Part shown: positions 1 through 10,280 of the stretch, piece after piece
Position numbering within the stretch: position 1 is the first letter of the stretch
Layout of the letters: every line of letters begins with the position of its first letter
IMG/VR virus record: IMGVR_UViG_3300032234_000591
Span: 1-59,371 of that record
Length of the DNA stretch: 59,371 bases
From: a virus
Lineage: Duplodnaviria > Caudoviricetes
Direction: 5' to 3' (one strand)
Program-made: the position numbers and the translations under genes
The notes under the pieces: generated by a model
The model's database searches: none
The model's input: the letters and a program-made list of their open reading frames with translations, nothing else
What the model was told of the DNA's origin: nothing

Positions 1-439
1 ATTCAAATACTTCATTGTTAGTTGTCTTAACTTCAACTACCAGCTCTTCGCCCTTCCAATTAATAAAGTTATCTACATAACCAAAAATTGGAGGATCATC
101 ATTAAAAATCTTAAACTCTGAATCAATTGAAATACCAGAGTTCTTAAACGCTGTCTCAATTCTTCCATGAGCAAGAGTTCCATTAGTCATATTTGCTACT
201 GCGTATGGGTCAGAGTTATCTTCAAATACCGCTCCCTCAAATGCAAGGTACCAGTATCGTGGACACTCTCCATGCCCATAGGCAATAGTAGATGGACCAA
301 AAGTTTTCTTCTGTGTATGCTTAGGCTCACGCCCAACTAGATATCCAGCCTCAATAGCCTTTACAAGCTCTTGTGCATCAATCTGTGCTGGTGTCTCAAC
401 CTCTTTAATCATGATCTGCTTTAGTAAATTTTTTGTCAT
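1..439 (-). CDS. Cas4-like / PD-(D/E)XK exonuclease (3' end runs off the window)
   Basis: Not in the ORF track. Manual translation from ATG at 439 gives MTKNLLKQ...FGPSTIAYGHGECPRYWYLAF...GTLAHGRIE...GYVDNFIIWKGEELVVEVKTT, which contains the CPR motif, GxxxH, D and ExK of phage Cas4-like nucleases. Confidence 0.75.
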   Translation of the reverse strand, partial: MTKNLLKQIMIKEVETPAQIDAQELVKAIEAGYLVGREPKHTQKKTFGPSTIAYGHGECPRYWYLAFEGAVFEDNSDPYAVANMTNGTLAHGRIETAFKNSGISIDSEFKIFNDDPPIFGYVDNFINWKGEELVVEVKTTNNEVFE

Positions 440-470
440 TATATTCCTTTGTTTATATAAGTATACCAGG

Positions 471-773
471 TTAGCGCATGATATATTTGAGTGCTGATAC
501 CAAGTTGTTGATTGATTCTGCTGCTGTGTAATAAATATTCTTTTTTGCCCTATCATTTTTGTCTACATTAGCCATCCAGGTTGCCTTGAAAGCCATCTTT
601 GCTGCTATTGCCTGAAGTCTTACGATCTCTACAGTTGCTACATTTAGAGGAATATCTGGCTTAATAATGATCTTAGCAATAAATGTTAGGGCTTGGGTAA
701 GCTCTTCATCCTGCATATAATCAGCTATTTCAGATAGTCCATTAACCATTTCTATTGTTGTTTGTTCACTCAT
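471..773 (-). CDS. hypothetical helical protein
   Basis: 100-aa ORF tightly packed in the operon, with a GGAG SD upstream. Confidence 0.7.
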   Translation of the reverse strand: MSEQTTIEMVNGLSEIADYMQDEELTQALTFIAKIIIKPDIPLNVATVEIVRLQAIAAKMAFKATWMANVDKNDRAKKNIYYTAAESINNLVSALKYIMR

Positions 774-774
774 T

Positions 775-1056
775 TTATTCTCCTATTATTTGTTCTATTA
801 GTTCAAACTCTGTTATCATTAATCTTATTTTTGAGTTACCCTCGCCAAGGACAACAAGTATGGCTGGATCATTACCATTTCTAATTGCATCAGTAACTGC
901 CTTAGCCCAAACATCTTTGTTCAATGTAAAAGACTTAGAGCATTCTTTAAAGTCAACAGTAAAGTTTTTCCAAGTGGCATCGCCCTTGTGTGTATTACGT
1001 CCAGAATTCTTGTGCTGCTTAGCACCAATTCTTTTACTTTCCGCTCTTTCGCTCAA
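775..1056 (-). CDS. putative Holliday junction resolvase (PD-(D/E)XK type)
   Basis: E...NSGR...KGDA...VDFKE pattern of small phage resolvases; lies next to recA. Confidence 0.6.
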   Translation of the reverse strand: MSERAESKRIGAKQHKNSGRNTHKGDATWKNFTVDFKECSKSFTLNKDVWAKAVTDAIRNGNDPAILVVLGEGNSKIRLMITEFELIEQIIGE

Positions 1057-1216
1057 AGTCTTTCCTTGTCATAACGATTGGTACCCTTGATAGATGCTTA
1101 TTAGAACACATCCAAGTCAAGTCTGCACTTTCTTTCCACAGTCTTATAGATGTCACTTCTTCTCCACATGTCTTACATGGAAACTTTCCTGAAAATATCT
1201 TAAACTTTTCAGACAT
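1034..1216 (-). CDS. small zinc-ribbon protein
   Basis: CKTC...WMCSNKH motif; overlaps both neighbours, as in a coupled operon. Confidence 0.6.
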   Translation of the reverse strand: MSEKFKIFSGKFPCKTCGEEVTSIRLWKESADLTWMCSNKHLSRVPIVMTRKDFERKSGK

Positions 1217-2222
1217 CTAAAATCTTATTCTTAATAGAATCTTGTAGGTCTAAATCTTCACGAACACGATTTACGAAACCTTCTCTGCCCTGTACCTTTG
1301 TACCATCTGGCAATACATACCAAGCACCTGTACGCTCTACTATACCCATTAGTTCAGCCGTATCAACAAGATCGCCAATGCTATCAATACCAACATTATC
1401 TCCCCTGAAATAAAAGTCATACTCCCCAGACTGAAAGCCAGGAGAAGTCTTAGAAAATTGGAGTTCCCAACGAATCTTGCGACCAATCTTTTCTTCAATA
1501 AGCTTATCTCCAACATGAATTTTGCCCTTAATCGCTTGATTGTCGGATTCTGATGAAAAAAGTTTAATGACTGTTGAAGAATAAAATTTAGTAGCCTGAC
1601 CACCAGTAGGCTGCTGGCTAGTATACATAGCACTAATATTATTACGAGACTGGCTAATAAGTACAAGCATAGTTGGCTTAACTTTATTATTAGCGTAGTT
1701 AAGCATTTTCCAAGCGTTACTAAAGTCTCTAGACTCTGCGCCAATTTGTTTTGTATTTTCAAGTTGCTTAAGTTCATCTGAGTCCTTTTCAAAATAAATT
1801 GCTGGTAGCAAAGAAGTAATAGAGTCAATAACTATTATATCAACTCCAGCGTTCATTAGGTTAGTACCAATATCAACCATTTCATTAATTGTGCGACACT
1901 GCGATACAATAAGCTTAGATGAGTCAACACCAAGGCTTTCCGCCCACTTCTTATCGTATGACATTTCAGCATCAATCCAAGCACAGATCTTTCCTTCCTT
2001 CTGTGCTAAACCTATCATTTGAAGACATAGAGATGACTTTGCAGAGGATTTAGATCCCCAAACAAGTACTTGACGACCATATGGCAAACCACCATTTAAA
2101 GCACGGTTTAATCCAAAGCTAGGTGTTGATGCATACTCTGTTGCTGGAACAGTATCTCCAGACATTACCGTTTTTCTTAGCTTAGGGCTAAGCTGAGCCA
2201 ATACCTCTTCTACTGTCATCAC
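1209..2222 (-). CDS. recA: RecA/UvsX-like recombinase
   Basis: LNRALNGGLPYGR, P-loop GSKSSAKS, WIDAE, IIVIDSI, ISQSR, TGGQATKFYSS, GAWY. Confidence 0.95.
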   Translation of the reverse strand: MMTVEEVLAQLSPKLRKTVMSGDTVPATEYASTPSFGLNRALNGGLPYGRQVLVWGSKSSAKSSLCLQMIGLAQKEGKICAWIDAEMSYDKKWAESLGVDSSKLIVSQCRTINEMVDIGTNLMNAGVDIIVIDSITSLLPAIYFEKDSDELKQLENTKQIGAESRDFSNAWKMLNYANNKVKPTMLVLISQSRNNISAMYTSQQPTGGQATKFYSSTVIKLFSSESDNQAIKGKIHVGDKLIEEKIGRKIRWELQFSKTSPGFQSGEYDFYFRGDNVGIDSIGDLVDTAELMGIVERTGAWYVLPDGTKVQGREGFVNRVREDLDLQDSIKNKILDV

Positions 2223-2539
2223 TAGAATCTTACCCCATGCTTCTTTGGTCTATCAGAGTTCTTATCCATCTTTTGTTTGATTGCAGAATCCAAAGATTTT
2301 GTCATGTACCCTGCCTTTACCATTCCTGCATATAAGTCTAAAGTACGAATGATGATATCTGCAAACTCATCTGACATCTGATCTGGGTCCATCTCTTTTC
2401 TTAATGCTTCCATTGCCTCAACAACCTCAGACACGATCATCATCATTTGCTTTGTTACAAATATTTCATCTGCAGGACGATCCCAAAAACCTTTTGCCAC
2501 TGCATTTGTATGTATCTTTTCTGCTAACTCATCAAACAT
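2222..2539 (-). CDS. MazG-like nucleotide pyrophosphohydrolase
   Basis: SEVVEAMEA...DEFADIIIR...KMDKNSDRP, the all-alpha NTP-PPase pattern. Confidence 0.8.
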   Translation of the reverse strand: MFDELAEKIHTNAVAKGFWDRPADEIFVTKQMMMIVSEVVEAMEALRKEMDPDQMSDEFADIIIRTLDLYAGMVKAGYMTKSLDSAIKQKMDKNSDRPKKHGVRF

Positions 2540-5500
2540 TTTCTACCTCATTCATTGTAATTGTTCCATCCTTTGTTTTTCCAAAATCAAACTTATACAC
2601 ATTGCCCTCTTCAATCTTCATGTAGGCCTTTGCAAACTGCATTGGGAACACAACTATTGAGTGCATTTCTCTTCCTGCATCTGCTACAACCAGAGATGCC
2701 ATCTTCTTTCCAGCCTTTGTTACTCTTGGCTTAAAGGAAACTACAAAGTGCTCACCTTCTTTGTATGGCAACATCTTGTAGTTCAAAAACTTTACCAAAG
2801 AGCTCTTAGACCCCTTTATCTCGTCAGCAGGTACTGCAGATACAATCCTATTGTCACTTGCAAGAATAAGATAAGTACGACCAGTCTCAATAGACGGAGA
2901 CTCTTCATCAAATATACCAACACTGCCAGTCTTGTCCAAAACTTCAACTCTTGACCATCCTGTTCCTCGTTTAATTGATTTTACCATTCCCAACAATACA
3001 AATGATCCAGTCTCTTCATACTCTTCAACATCATTAATATAAGCATAATAGTGTTGTGGAATAGATGTATTGAACTCAGGAAGGTTGAGATACTCGTACA
3101 AGTTCTCCTTAACTTCCTGTGGATTTGCTGGATTATCTGGGAATGTAAGTGCTCCCACGCATCTCATTGCTTGTAGGGCACGACTGTTAACTCCATTACC
3201 CTTTGTAAATGTAAACTCTTCTACTTCCTTGTATGATGAAAATGGACGACCTGCAATATATCTTTCAGCAATCTTATCAGAGATATACTTGATGCCAGTC
3301 AAACCGAACCGAATACCTTTGCCCTCAATCTTAAAATCAATATCTGAATCATTAAGATGAGGAAGCTTAATAGGAATACCCATACGCTTTGCCTCAATTA
3401 GGTATTCAGTTCTTCCGTCTTTATCCTTTTCGTTCTTAAGTAATGCAAACATAAACTCAAGAGGATAGTGATACTTTAACCACGCCGTCCAATACGATAA
3501 AGTTGAGTAAGCCACTGCGTGGCTCTTGTTGAAAGAATACCCCGCATGGGCTTCAAAGTCATGCCATAAATCAAGAGCCTGGTTAGGCGAGATATAAGCA
3601 GACGCACCAGAAACGAACTTATCCTTGAAAACGTCAAACTCTTTAGCATCTTTTTTCTTTCCAATGATCTTTCTAACTTTATCTGCTTCCGACATGGACA
3701 TACCGCCAAGCGATACGCATGCTTGCATAACTTGTTCCTGGTAAAGAATACAGCCATAGGTTTCCTCCGTAAATTCTTTTAATACTTGATGAGTATACGC
3801 AATATTTTCACGACCATGCTTACGTGCAATATACGACTTACCAATAGTATTCATAGCACCTGGACGTACAAGAGCATTTGATGCAGCTAATTCAGCAAGA
3901 TTTTTTACACGCATCTTAACTAAAAGGTTTGTGTATGGTGCTGCTTCACACTGGAACACACCTTTTGTGTATCCATCTGATAGCATATTGTATACGTTTG
4001 CATCGTCCATATCAATTTTAAGAAGGTCAATCTTTGTTCCTTCTCGTTCCTTAATAATATTAATGCAATCTTTAAGTACGCTTAAAGTCTTTAGTCCAAG
4101 TGCATCAATCTTAATCAAACCAATGTTTTCAGCCTCACCCATATCAACTGCTACCACTGGAATTCTTTCATCTTGCCCAGTAACTGATCTTGTTTCCAAA
4201 GGAGCATATCTAAAGATTGGATCCTTGCTTGTTACAACTCCTGCTGCGTGAATTCCAGTACCACGAATTCTTCCACGAAGCTGATCTCCATAACGCTCTA
4301 CCTCTGGATATTTTTCTCTAAACCAATGAGTGTTCTTTGAATTGCAAAAGTCATCCCATGTGTCAACGACCTTCAATACCTTATTGACATCTGGCAAAGG
4401 AATATTTAGACATCTTGCAACATCTCGCACAACACCTTTGTCTTTAAACTGTAAGAAGGTAGCAATAGATGCAACGTGTCTATACTGTCTAACTAGATAG
4501 TCTTTTACTTCATCACGACGAGTATCTTGAATATCTGAGTCAATATCAGGAAAGTCATTACGGTCTGGATTAATAAAACGAAAGAATAGCAGTCCATGCT
4601 TTATTGGATCAATATCTGTAATACCAAGTGCATAACAAAGCAATGAGCCTGCAGCAGAGCCACGACCTGGACCTACCATGATATCCTCACTCTTAGCCCA
4701 GTTAAGCATGTTACGAACAACCAAAAAGTATGGACCAAAGTTTTTTTGACCAATGATTTCTAGCTCTTCATCAAGGCGTGCAAGATATTCTTCATTCTTA
4801 TCAAGCTTTCTTTCCTTTAAACCTTCTAGTGCAAGCTTCTTTAACTCATCCATTGGCTTCTTGTACTGTACTGGAAGTAGGTCTAGGTGTTCTTTAATAT
4901 CATAGCCTTCTACCTTATCAGCAATTTCATTTGTTGATACAAACATGTCTTCACGATCAATGCCTTGCTTAATCATTGCATCTTTCATCTCTTCATATGA
5001 AAGCAGGTGAATATCAAATTTATTAAAACTCATCATACGGTCTGCACCATATAGATAGTCAAGGCGATCCATAAATGAATCATGCTTCTTTGATTTATCG
5101 TATGTTACATCTTTCTGTAACTTAGCATGAGTATTAAGAAGAAGCATAAGCTCTTGAACTTCTTTTTGACTTGTGTCAGAGTGATGACAGTCTGGTGTTA
5201 CAACAATCTTAACCTTTGCTGCATCTGCTAGTTCAATGATTCCCTTATTAACTTCTGGTGGGTTGTGTGGCATTACCTCAATATAGTAATCATCACCAAA
5301 TTCTTTTTTAAACCACTGTATGTGTTTCTTTGCTGTTGCAAGCTCACCCAACTCAACAGCCTTTGCAATCCAACCACTTAGACATGCAGAGGTAACAATA
5401 ATACCTTCTTTGTACTTTGACAATGTTTCAAAATCAAAGCGTGGCTTACTAAAGAAACCATCTGTCCAAGCAATCTCATTAATCTTATTGAGATTTTCAA

Positions 5501-5807
5501 GACCAACTTGGTTCTTAGCGAGAAGGACTATATGATGATAGTTTTGGTCAAGAGGGTCAAGGCGATCTGCCTTTGCTCTCTTATCTGCCATACTTGTCGT
5601 CATATAGCCTTCTACACCAAGTATTGGCTTAATTCCATTTGCTTTTGCAATACGGTGCAGTTCCCTATGCCCAGATAAAGTACCGTGGTCAGTAATGGCA
5701 ATCGCTGTCATTCCTAACTCAACTGCACGGTTCACGTATTCTTCTGGAGTAGCAACACCATCCATCAAGGAGTAGTGTGTATGGACATGTAAGCCAACGT
5801 AGTTCAT
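2532..5807 (-). CDS. dnaE: DNA polymerase III alpha subunit (family C)
   Basis: PHP domain HVHTHYSLMDG/TDHG, GPGRGSAAGS, PDIDSD catalytic motif, HAAGVV, KIDALGL, YSFNKSHA; no intein visible. Confidence 0.97.
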   Translation of the reverse strand: MNYVGLHVHTHYSLMDGVATPEEYVNRAVELGMTAIAITDHGTLSGHRELHRIAKANGIKPILGVEGYMTTSMADKRAKADRLDPLDQNYHHIVLLAKNQVGLENLNKINEIAWTDGFFSKPRFDFETLSKYKEGIIVTSACLSGWIAKAVELGELATAKKHIQWFKKEFGDDYYIEVMPHNPPEVNKGIIELADAAKVKIVVTPDCHHSDTSQKEVQELMLLLNTHAKLQKDVTYDKSKKHDSFMDRLDYLYGADRMMSFNKFDIHLLSYEEMKDAMIKQGIDREDMFVSTNEIADKVEGYDIKEHLDLLPVQYKKPMDELKKLALEGLKERKLDKNEEYLARLDEELEIIGQKNFGPYFLVVRNMLNWAKSEDIMVGPGRGSAAGSLLCYALGITDIDPIKHGLLFFRFINPDRNDFPDIDSDIQDTRRDEVKDYLVRQYRHVASIATFLQFKDKGVVRDVARCLNIPLPDVNKVLKVVDTWDDFCNSKNTHWFREKYPEVERYGDQLRGRIRGTGIHAAGVVTSKDPIFRYAPLETRSVTGQDERIPVVAVDMGEAENIGLIKIDALGLKTLSVLKDCINIIKEREGTKIDLLKIDMDDANVYNMLSDGYTKGVFQCEAAPYTNLLVKMRVKNLAELAASNALVRPGAMNTIGKSYIARKHGRENIAYTHQVLKEFTEETYGCILYQEQVMQACVSLGGMSMSEADKVRKIIGKKKDAKEFDVFKDKFVSGASAYISPNQALDLWHDFEAHAGYSFNKSHAVAYSTLSYWTAWLKYHYPLEFMFALLKNEKDKDGRTEYLIEAKRMGIPIKLPHLNDSDIDFKIEGKGIRFGLTGIKYISDKIAERYIAGRPFSSYKEVEEFTFTKGNGVNSRALQAMRCVGALTFPDNPANPQEVKENLYEYLNLPEFNTSIPQHYYAYINDVEEYEETGSFVLLGMVKSIKRGTGWSRVEVLDKTGSVGIFDEESPSIETGRTYLILASDNRIVSAVPADEIKGSKSSLVKFLNYKMLPYKEGEHFVVSFKPRVTKAGKKMASLVVADAGREMHSIVVFPMQFAKAYMKIEEGNVYKFDFGKTKDGTITMNEVENV

Positions 5808-5811
5808 CTAG

Positions 5812-6468
5812 TTACCAGTCAATATTGGCTGATGAAGAAGATGAAGGAGTATCAAAGCCTAGATAAAAGGCTTCTTGTTCCGCATAAGGAACCTTGTTAA
5901 GAGCCTTCTCCAATGGATATGGCTCAATTCCTGCCCAATCAAATGGAGCAGAATCTGGAGTGCTTGGAATAAGTGTGTAGCTTGTCTCAGTTCCCTGACC
6001 ATTACGCTTTACCTTCCAAGTAAGATTTGAAATGCTACCTGTCTCAAGTGCATATTCACGAATAGTATTAAATGCTGATTGCTTGCTAACACCCATGTTC
6101 CAGATTGCAACATAAGGTGCTTCAATGCCATCATCTACAAGAACGTTGCAGTAGAAGCGAAGACGAGCTCTCCAGCCAGCCTTTGGGTCCTTACGGTGCA
6201 TCTCTTCTGCCCAGTCACGTCCTTCTGATTCCATTGTATCTACAGCCTTGCGCTTATAGTCCTTTGGATTTGTGTGCTCTGATACTACTAGAGCAAGTCC
6301 ACGATCTGCGTTATAGTTTGCTGAATCTTCATCAAGCTCTTCAATGAAACGAATCTTAACTGCTTGTCCGTCAGCGATCTTAAACCAACGAACCTTTGTA
6401 CCTGTGCCTTCAAACTTTGGCTTATCTACTAGTGCGTTAATGTTTTTTAGTCCTTTTACAATTGCCAT
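5812..6468 (-). CDS. single-stranded DNA-binding protein (gp32-like)
   Basis: Lies between primase and polymerase; VKIRF, KVKRNGQGTETSYTLIP and an acidic/Ser-rich tail ending in DW. Confidence 0.7.
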   Translation of the reverse strand: MAIVKGLKNINALVDKPKFEGTGTKVRWFKIADGQAVKIRFIEELDEDSANYNADRGLALVVSEHTNPKDYKRKAVDTMESEGRDWAEEMHRKDPKAGWRARLRFYCNVLVDDGIEAPYVAIWNMGVSKQSAFNTIREYALETGSISNLTWKVKRNGQGTETSYTLIPSTPDSAPFDWAGIEPYPLEKALNKVPYAEQEAFYLGFDTPSSSSSANIDW

Positions 6469-6496
6469 TTTTTATTTCTCCTATTTATTGTTTTAT

Positions 6497-7423
6497 CTAT
6501 TTTAGCATAGAGATGATTGAATTGTCAAACTGGAACTCCAGCTTTTTAATATCATCATCTTCCATATCGCCTATATCTTTATATTTTTTATCTAAGCTAA
6601 TAACAGTTACTAGATGACCTAGTTTTTCAACTAACTTATCCTTCATAATGATACCAGCTTCATCATTGTCTGCAATTAGTACAACATTATTGAAGTACTT
6701 TTCTAATAGTCTGATCTGAGATACAGACACATTAGCACCCAGCGTTGCAACTGCTGGAAAACCTACTTGATCTAAGCGGATTGCATCAAAAGATGATTCC
6801 ACTACATATACTATACTAGAACTCTTGACTCTATGTAAGTTAAAGAGCACTTTGCTTTTTGGAAGTCCTGGAGTATTCTTAAACTCTTTGCCCTCAATTG
6901 TTCTTGCAACAAACCCTATGCACATACCATCTGGTGAGTGTACTGGAATAGTTACAGATCCCTGCTTTTCAGAATAACCCAAGTCAAACTTAATAACTGA
7001 ATCTTTAGTTAGTCTACGACCATTAAAATAATTCATTGCTCTTGGAGCATCAAGTGCTTGTTTATTTAATCTTTTTATAAGTAGTTCATCATATTGAACA
7101 AAATCAGGTGGTGCATATAAGGCTTTATCTACTATGGTTTGGATATCAGACTTTTGTTCTTTGCCCTTAATGTACCTTACCGTTTCAAAATATGACCTAT
7201 TAGAAGTAAACATAATAAGCTCAATAAGATTCTTAGTTACCTGACATCCAAAGCAAAAGAACAAACCACTATCCTTTGCTACTTCTCCAGCAGGTGTTCT
7301 TGTGTTGTTGTGGTATGGGCAATAGATAATAAAGTCATTGCCAAACTCAGCCTCAATATCAAGACCTGCACCATTGAGAACACGACGAATCTGTTCTTCT
7401 GTATAAATCTCTTTACTTGCCAT
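6497..7423 (-). CDS. dnaG: DNA primase (CHC2 zinc finger + TOPRIM)
   Basis: CPYH...CFGC zinc finger, VVESSFDA, ATLG, DNDEAG, KDIGDM. Start placed at MASKEIY (7423), overlapping the helicase end. Confidence 0.9.
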   Translation of the reverse strand: MASKEIYTEEQIRRVLNGAGLDIEAEFGNDFIIYCPYHNNTRTPAGEVAKDSGLFFCFGCQVTKNLIELIMFTSNRSYFETVRYIKGKEQKSDIQTIVDKALYAPPDFVQYDELLIKRLNKQALDAPRAMNYFNGRRLTKDSVIKFDLGYSEKQGSVTIPVHSPDGMCIGFVARTIEGKEFKNTPGLPKSKVLFNLHRVKSSSIVYVVESSFDAIRLDQVGFPAVATLGANVSVSQIRLLEKYFNNVVLIADNDEAGIIMKDKLVEKLGHLVTVISLDKKYKDIGDMEDDDIKKLEFQFDNSIISMLK

Positions 7424-8636
7424 CTTCAAAATCCTTATAGCGATAATAGCCCTTATCAAAGTCACACTGCACTAAGAAGTCTCCCATAAAACCATTACGG
7501 TTCTTTCTAAAAGCGCACTCAATAATGTCGCTATTACTAGAACGGCCCAATGCCATTACCCAGTCAGCATCATAGGCAATCTGTCTTGACCATGCTGTTT
7601 GTGCAAGGGTGGGAACGGTAGACATATCTTTAACGTCATCAGGTGTAGCAGATGAGATAGCAATAATAGGTACTTCTTCACTAATAGCCATTAGCTTTAG
7701 TTCACGAGAAAGATTCTTCATCTTTACCGTTTCATTATCAGCCTTTTGGTTTGGACTCATAAGTTGAAGATAATCAACCACAACAAAGTCAGGCTTATAC
7801 TGATCTAACTTTCCACGAATAACAGAAGGTGTTACTTCACCACCAGAATCATTAGATATGATATGGAATGGTGGGCGACCATCAAGTTTGCTTGCATGCC
7901 ATTTCTTCATCATGTCAAGCTCTACCTCACCATTAGAAAGTTTTCTATGTGACCACAGGCCTTCACCCATAATTGTAAATACACGGTTACGAACTTCTGT
8001 TTCGCTCATTTCAAGTGAAATAATAAGTGGTGTCTTACCTTGCTTCCATGCCTGAACTGCAAAGTACAAAGCCATCCATGACTTACCAATTCCAGGATAT
8101 GCAAGAAACACTCCAAGTTGACCTGGCATAATTCCAGAAGGTAGATAGTTATCAAACCCTGGCAAACCAGTCTTAATTCCACGCTGTCCAAGTGCTTGCT
8201 GTTCTTTTACATTCTCAAAATATGCAATTGCAGAATCAATATCTGTAGCATCAATGTCACGAATAGAAGATGTATTTTTCTTTAGGGCAGATGTTTTAGT
8301 AATTAGTTCTTCAAGAGCCTGTGCACCTTGACCACTTTGAACCTCTGTTGCAGCAGATCTCAAAATATCTTTGATGCTGTCATTAACATATTCAGTCTTT
8401 AGTTCTTCAAGGTGATGCTTAGTGGCACCAACGTCTTTAATAAGGTCAAAGTCTCTAAACTTTTCTACTACTAATGATGATGGAGGAACTGTTCCATTAT
8501 TTTCAGCATAGAGGCGAATGAAGTTCCAGACATCGTTATGTGTTCTAAGTAATGTCTCTACATTTGCCTGTAGTAGCACATGGAGTTGTTTATCTTGTAA
8601 TACTGCTGAAATTACTTTAGCTTCTGTATTATTCAC
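7413..8636 (-). CDS. dnaB: replicative DNA helicase, DnaB family
   Basis: Walker A AYPGIGKS, ISLEMS, VVVDYLQLM, IAYDAD, KNRNG. Confidence 0.95.
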   Translation of the reverse strand: MNNTEAKVISAVLQDKQLHVLLQANVETLLRTHNDVWNFIRLYAENNGTVPPSSLVVEKFRDFDLIKDVGATKHHLEELKTEYVNDSIKDILRSAATEVQSGQGAQALEELITKTSALKKNTSSIRDIDATDIDSAIAYFENVKEQQALGQRGIKTGLPGFDNYLPSGIMPGQLGVFLAYPGIGKSWMALYFAVQAWKQGKTPLIISLEMSETEVRNRVFTIMGEGLWSHRKLSNGEVELDMMKKWHASKLDGRPPFHIISNDSGGEVTPSVIRGKLDQYKPDFVVVDYLQLMSPNQKADNETVKMKNLSRELKLMAISEEVPIIAISSATPDDVKDMSTVPTLAQTAWSRQIAYDADWVMALGRSSNSDIIECAFRKNRNGFMGDFLVQCDFDKGYYRYKDFEDGK

Positions 8637-8937
8637 TTAGCCACTCCTTTGCTTTAGCCCTACGTTGTTGTCTCTCTTTAATATCTTGTTCTACATCTAG
8701 TTTACCATTAAGAATTTTTTCTGCATTATAAGAAAAATAATTCCAGCTTGGTTCTTGTGCAACAGAAAAATAGTATTCTAGCAAGTCATAGCACTGAGAA
8801 ATACTGTAAGACTCAATAAGTCCATCTGCAGCCCACTGCTCAACATTTAGATTTAGAGATGGCTTTTGCTCATACCTTGCTGTATGCAATTTTGAGTATC
8901 TGCTAAGCAAAGCCATTCGGTCTTTGCGATCAGCCAT
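8629..8937 (-). CDS. hypothetical protein upstream of the helicase
   Basis: 102-aa ORF overlapping both neighbours. Confidence 0.7.
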   Translation of the reverse strand: MADRKDRMALLSRYSKLHTARYEQKPSLNLNVEQWAADGLIESYSISQCYDLLEYYFSVAQEPSWNYFSYNAEKILNGKLDVEQDIKERQQRRAKAKEWLSE

Positions 8938-9143
8938 TACTCTGAGATTTCAGACTTTGCTTCTTGGATCTTTTCTGTAAGCTTGTCTTCTACAAACTTA
9001 TATACACGCTCAAAAGCTTCGTTTGTAGTTTCTCCATCACGCTTACTATCTACAACACCTAGATCAAGTCGCAATGACTGAAAGTTGCCAAGATTAAGCG
9101 TATATCCTAGTGTTACATTTACCTTTGTTGAATCGTTTTCCAT
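8937..9143 (-). CDS. small hypothetical protein
   Basis: 68 aa, TLNLGNFQSLRLDLG; stop/start coupled to the next gene. Confidence 0.7.
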   Translation of the reverse strand: MENDSTKVNVTLGYTLNLGNFQSLRLDLGVVDSKRDGETTNEAFERVYKFVEDKLTEKIQEAKSEISE

Positions 9144-9163
9144 TACCCCACCTAATTTCTATT

Positions 9164-9706
9164 TTAAATAGACTCGTTCCACACTGGAATGAATCGTCCA
9201 TCTTCTGTCTTTGTATATGTAAGTATACCGTCTCCCATACGCCGTGTCAACTCTTGCGTAGTAGGAGTCATGTTGTTTGTTATTAACTTGTCTTTTCTTG
9301 GTTGTCCAATATGTATACTTGCAAGTATAGCACGAATCTCTCTTACATGTGATTCAGAGTAATACGATCTGATCGTAAAACCTCTTTCACCATTAAGCTT
9401 AGCACCTATTGGTGGAGGAATAACTCCTCGTTTAATTAAACTTGGCATATACTTTCTGTGTCTATTGACAAGCTTTGCAGTTTCTGCTACACTATATGCT
9501 CTTTCTCTGTTCTTTTTAAAGTCAGATAACAAGCATGTCTCTAGGCGATCTTTAGTTATATTGTAAAACGTAACCATACCAGTAGAGCGAGAGTTGTGGT
9601 ATACCCTAACCAAGTCCCCATTCAAAAACCATACTCTAACCTTACCCTTAATTACAGGCTCGTTATTGTATGCTTCGCTCTGAATTTTTCCTTTTGAAGT
9701 ATCCAT
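9164..9706 (-). CDS. putative HTH (MerR/excisionase-like) DNA-binding protein
   Basis: YSVAETAKLVNRHRKYMPSLIKRGVIPPP...RSYYSESHV resembles a MerR-type winged HTH. Confidence 0.6.
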   Translation of the reverse strand: MDTSKGKIQSEAYNNEPVIKGKVRVWFLNGDLVRVYHNSRSTGMVTFYNITKDRLETCLLSDFKKNRERAYSVAETAKLVNRHRKYMPSLIKRGVIPPPIGAKLNGERGFTIRSYYSESHVREIRAILASIHIGQPRKDKLITNNMTPTTQELTRRMGDGILTYTKTEDGRFIPVWNESI

Positions 9707-9843
9707 TGTCCCTCTTTTGTTGCTGCAACTGGATGATAGAACTGTCTATTCCCGCATATAAGACAAGATGTTTCTATATGGTCAGTGCTAGTGTACTGTC
9801 TATCTACAAATACACGACCATTACACTTAGCACATTTTAACAT
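9652..9843 (-). CDS. small Zn-finger protein
   Basis: CAKC...CLICG. Confidence 0.65.
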   Translation of the reverse strand: MLKCAKCNGRVFVDRQYTSTDHIETSCLICGNRQFYHPVAATKEGQWILQKEKFRAKHTITSL

Positions 9844-9847
9844 TTAA

Positions 9848-10039
9848 TTATTTATCTTCTTTATTAAGAATATTTTCAACAGATAAAGAATAGTCATTAA
9901 CTGCCTTTTCTTTATTTTGTTTTTCCTGTATTAGCTCAGTGATATCTGCCCGTAAAATTGCAATCTGAGTTTCATAATTAGAGACTATCTCTCCAATTCT
10001 TTGTTGTAGAGCGGTTATTACTAACTCTGCTTTATCCAT
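9848..10039 (-). CDS. small coiled-coil protein
   Basis: Heptad pattern ALQQRIGEIVSNYETQIAILRADIT; AAGG SD. Confidence 0.65.
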   Translation of the reverse strand: MDKAELVITALQQRIGEIVSNYETQIAILRADITELIQEKQNKEKAVNDYSLSVENILNKEDK

Positions 10040-10049
10040 TAATTTACCT

Positions 10050-10262
10050 TTATGACCTTAATGATTCTAGCTCAGACATAAGAGCGTCATGTCTTAAATT
10101 TTCCTGAGCAATCTCTAATGTTAGTCTATCTATATTAGTTTGATTTGGGATATCAACAGCCTGCTCTATAATCAAGCTTACCTGTAGGCTATAAATATTT
10201 GTTACTATACCACGAATGTGCTGGGTAACAATATTAATTTTTTCTTCATTGGTTAATTCCAT
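10050..10262 (-). CDS. small coiled-coil protein
   Basis: 70 aa with GGAGG SD upstream. Confidence 0.65.
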   Translation of the reverse strand: MELTNEEKINIVTQHIRGIVTNIYSLQVSLIIEQAVDIPNQTNIDRLTLEIAQENLRHDALMSELESLRS

Positions 10263-10280
10263 TTTGACCCTCCATAAAAA

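Noticed and set aside
2532-5807. Inteins or introns in dnaE (also checked nrdJ, dnaB, recA)
   Set aside because: Lengths and motif spacing are normal; no intein terminal motifs or homing endonuclease insert recognised.
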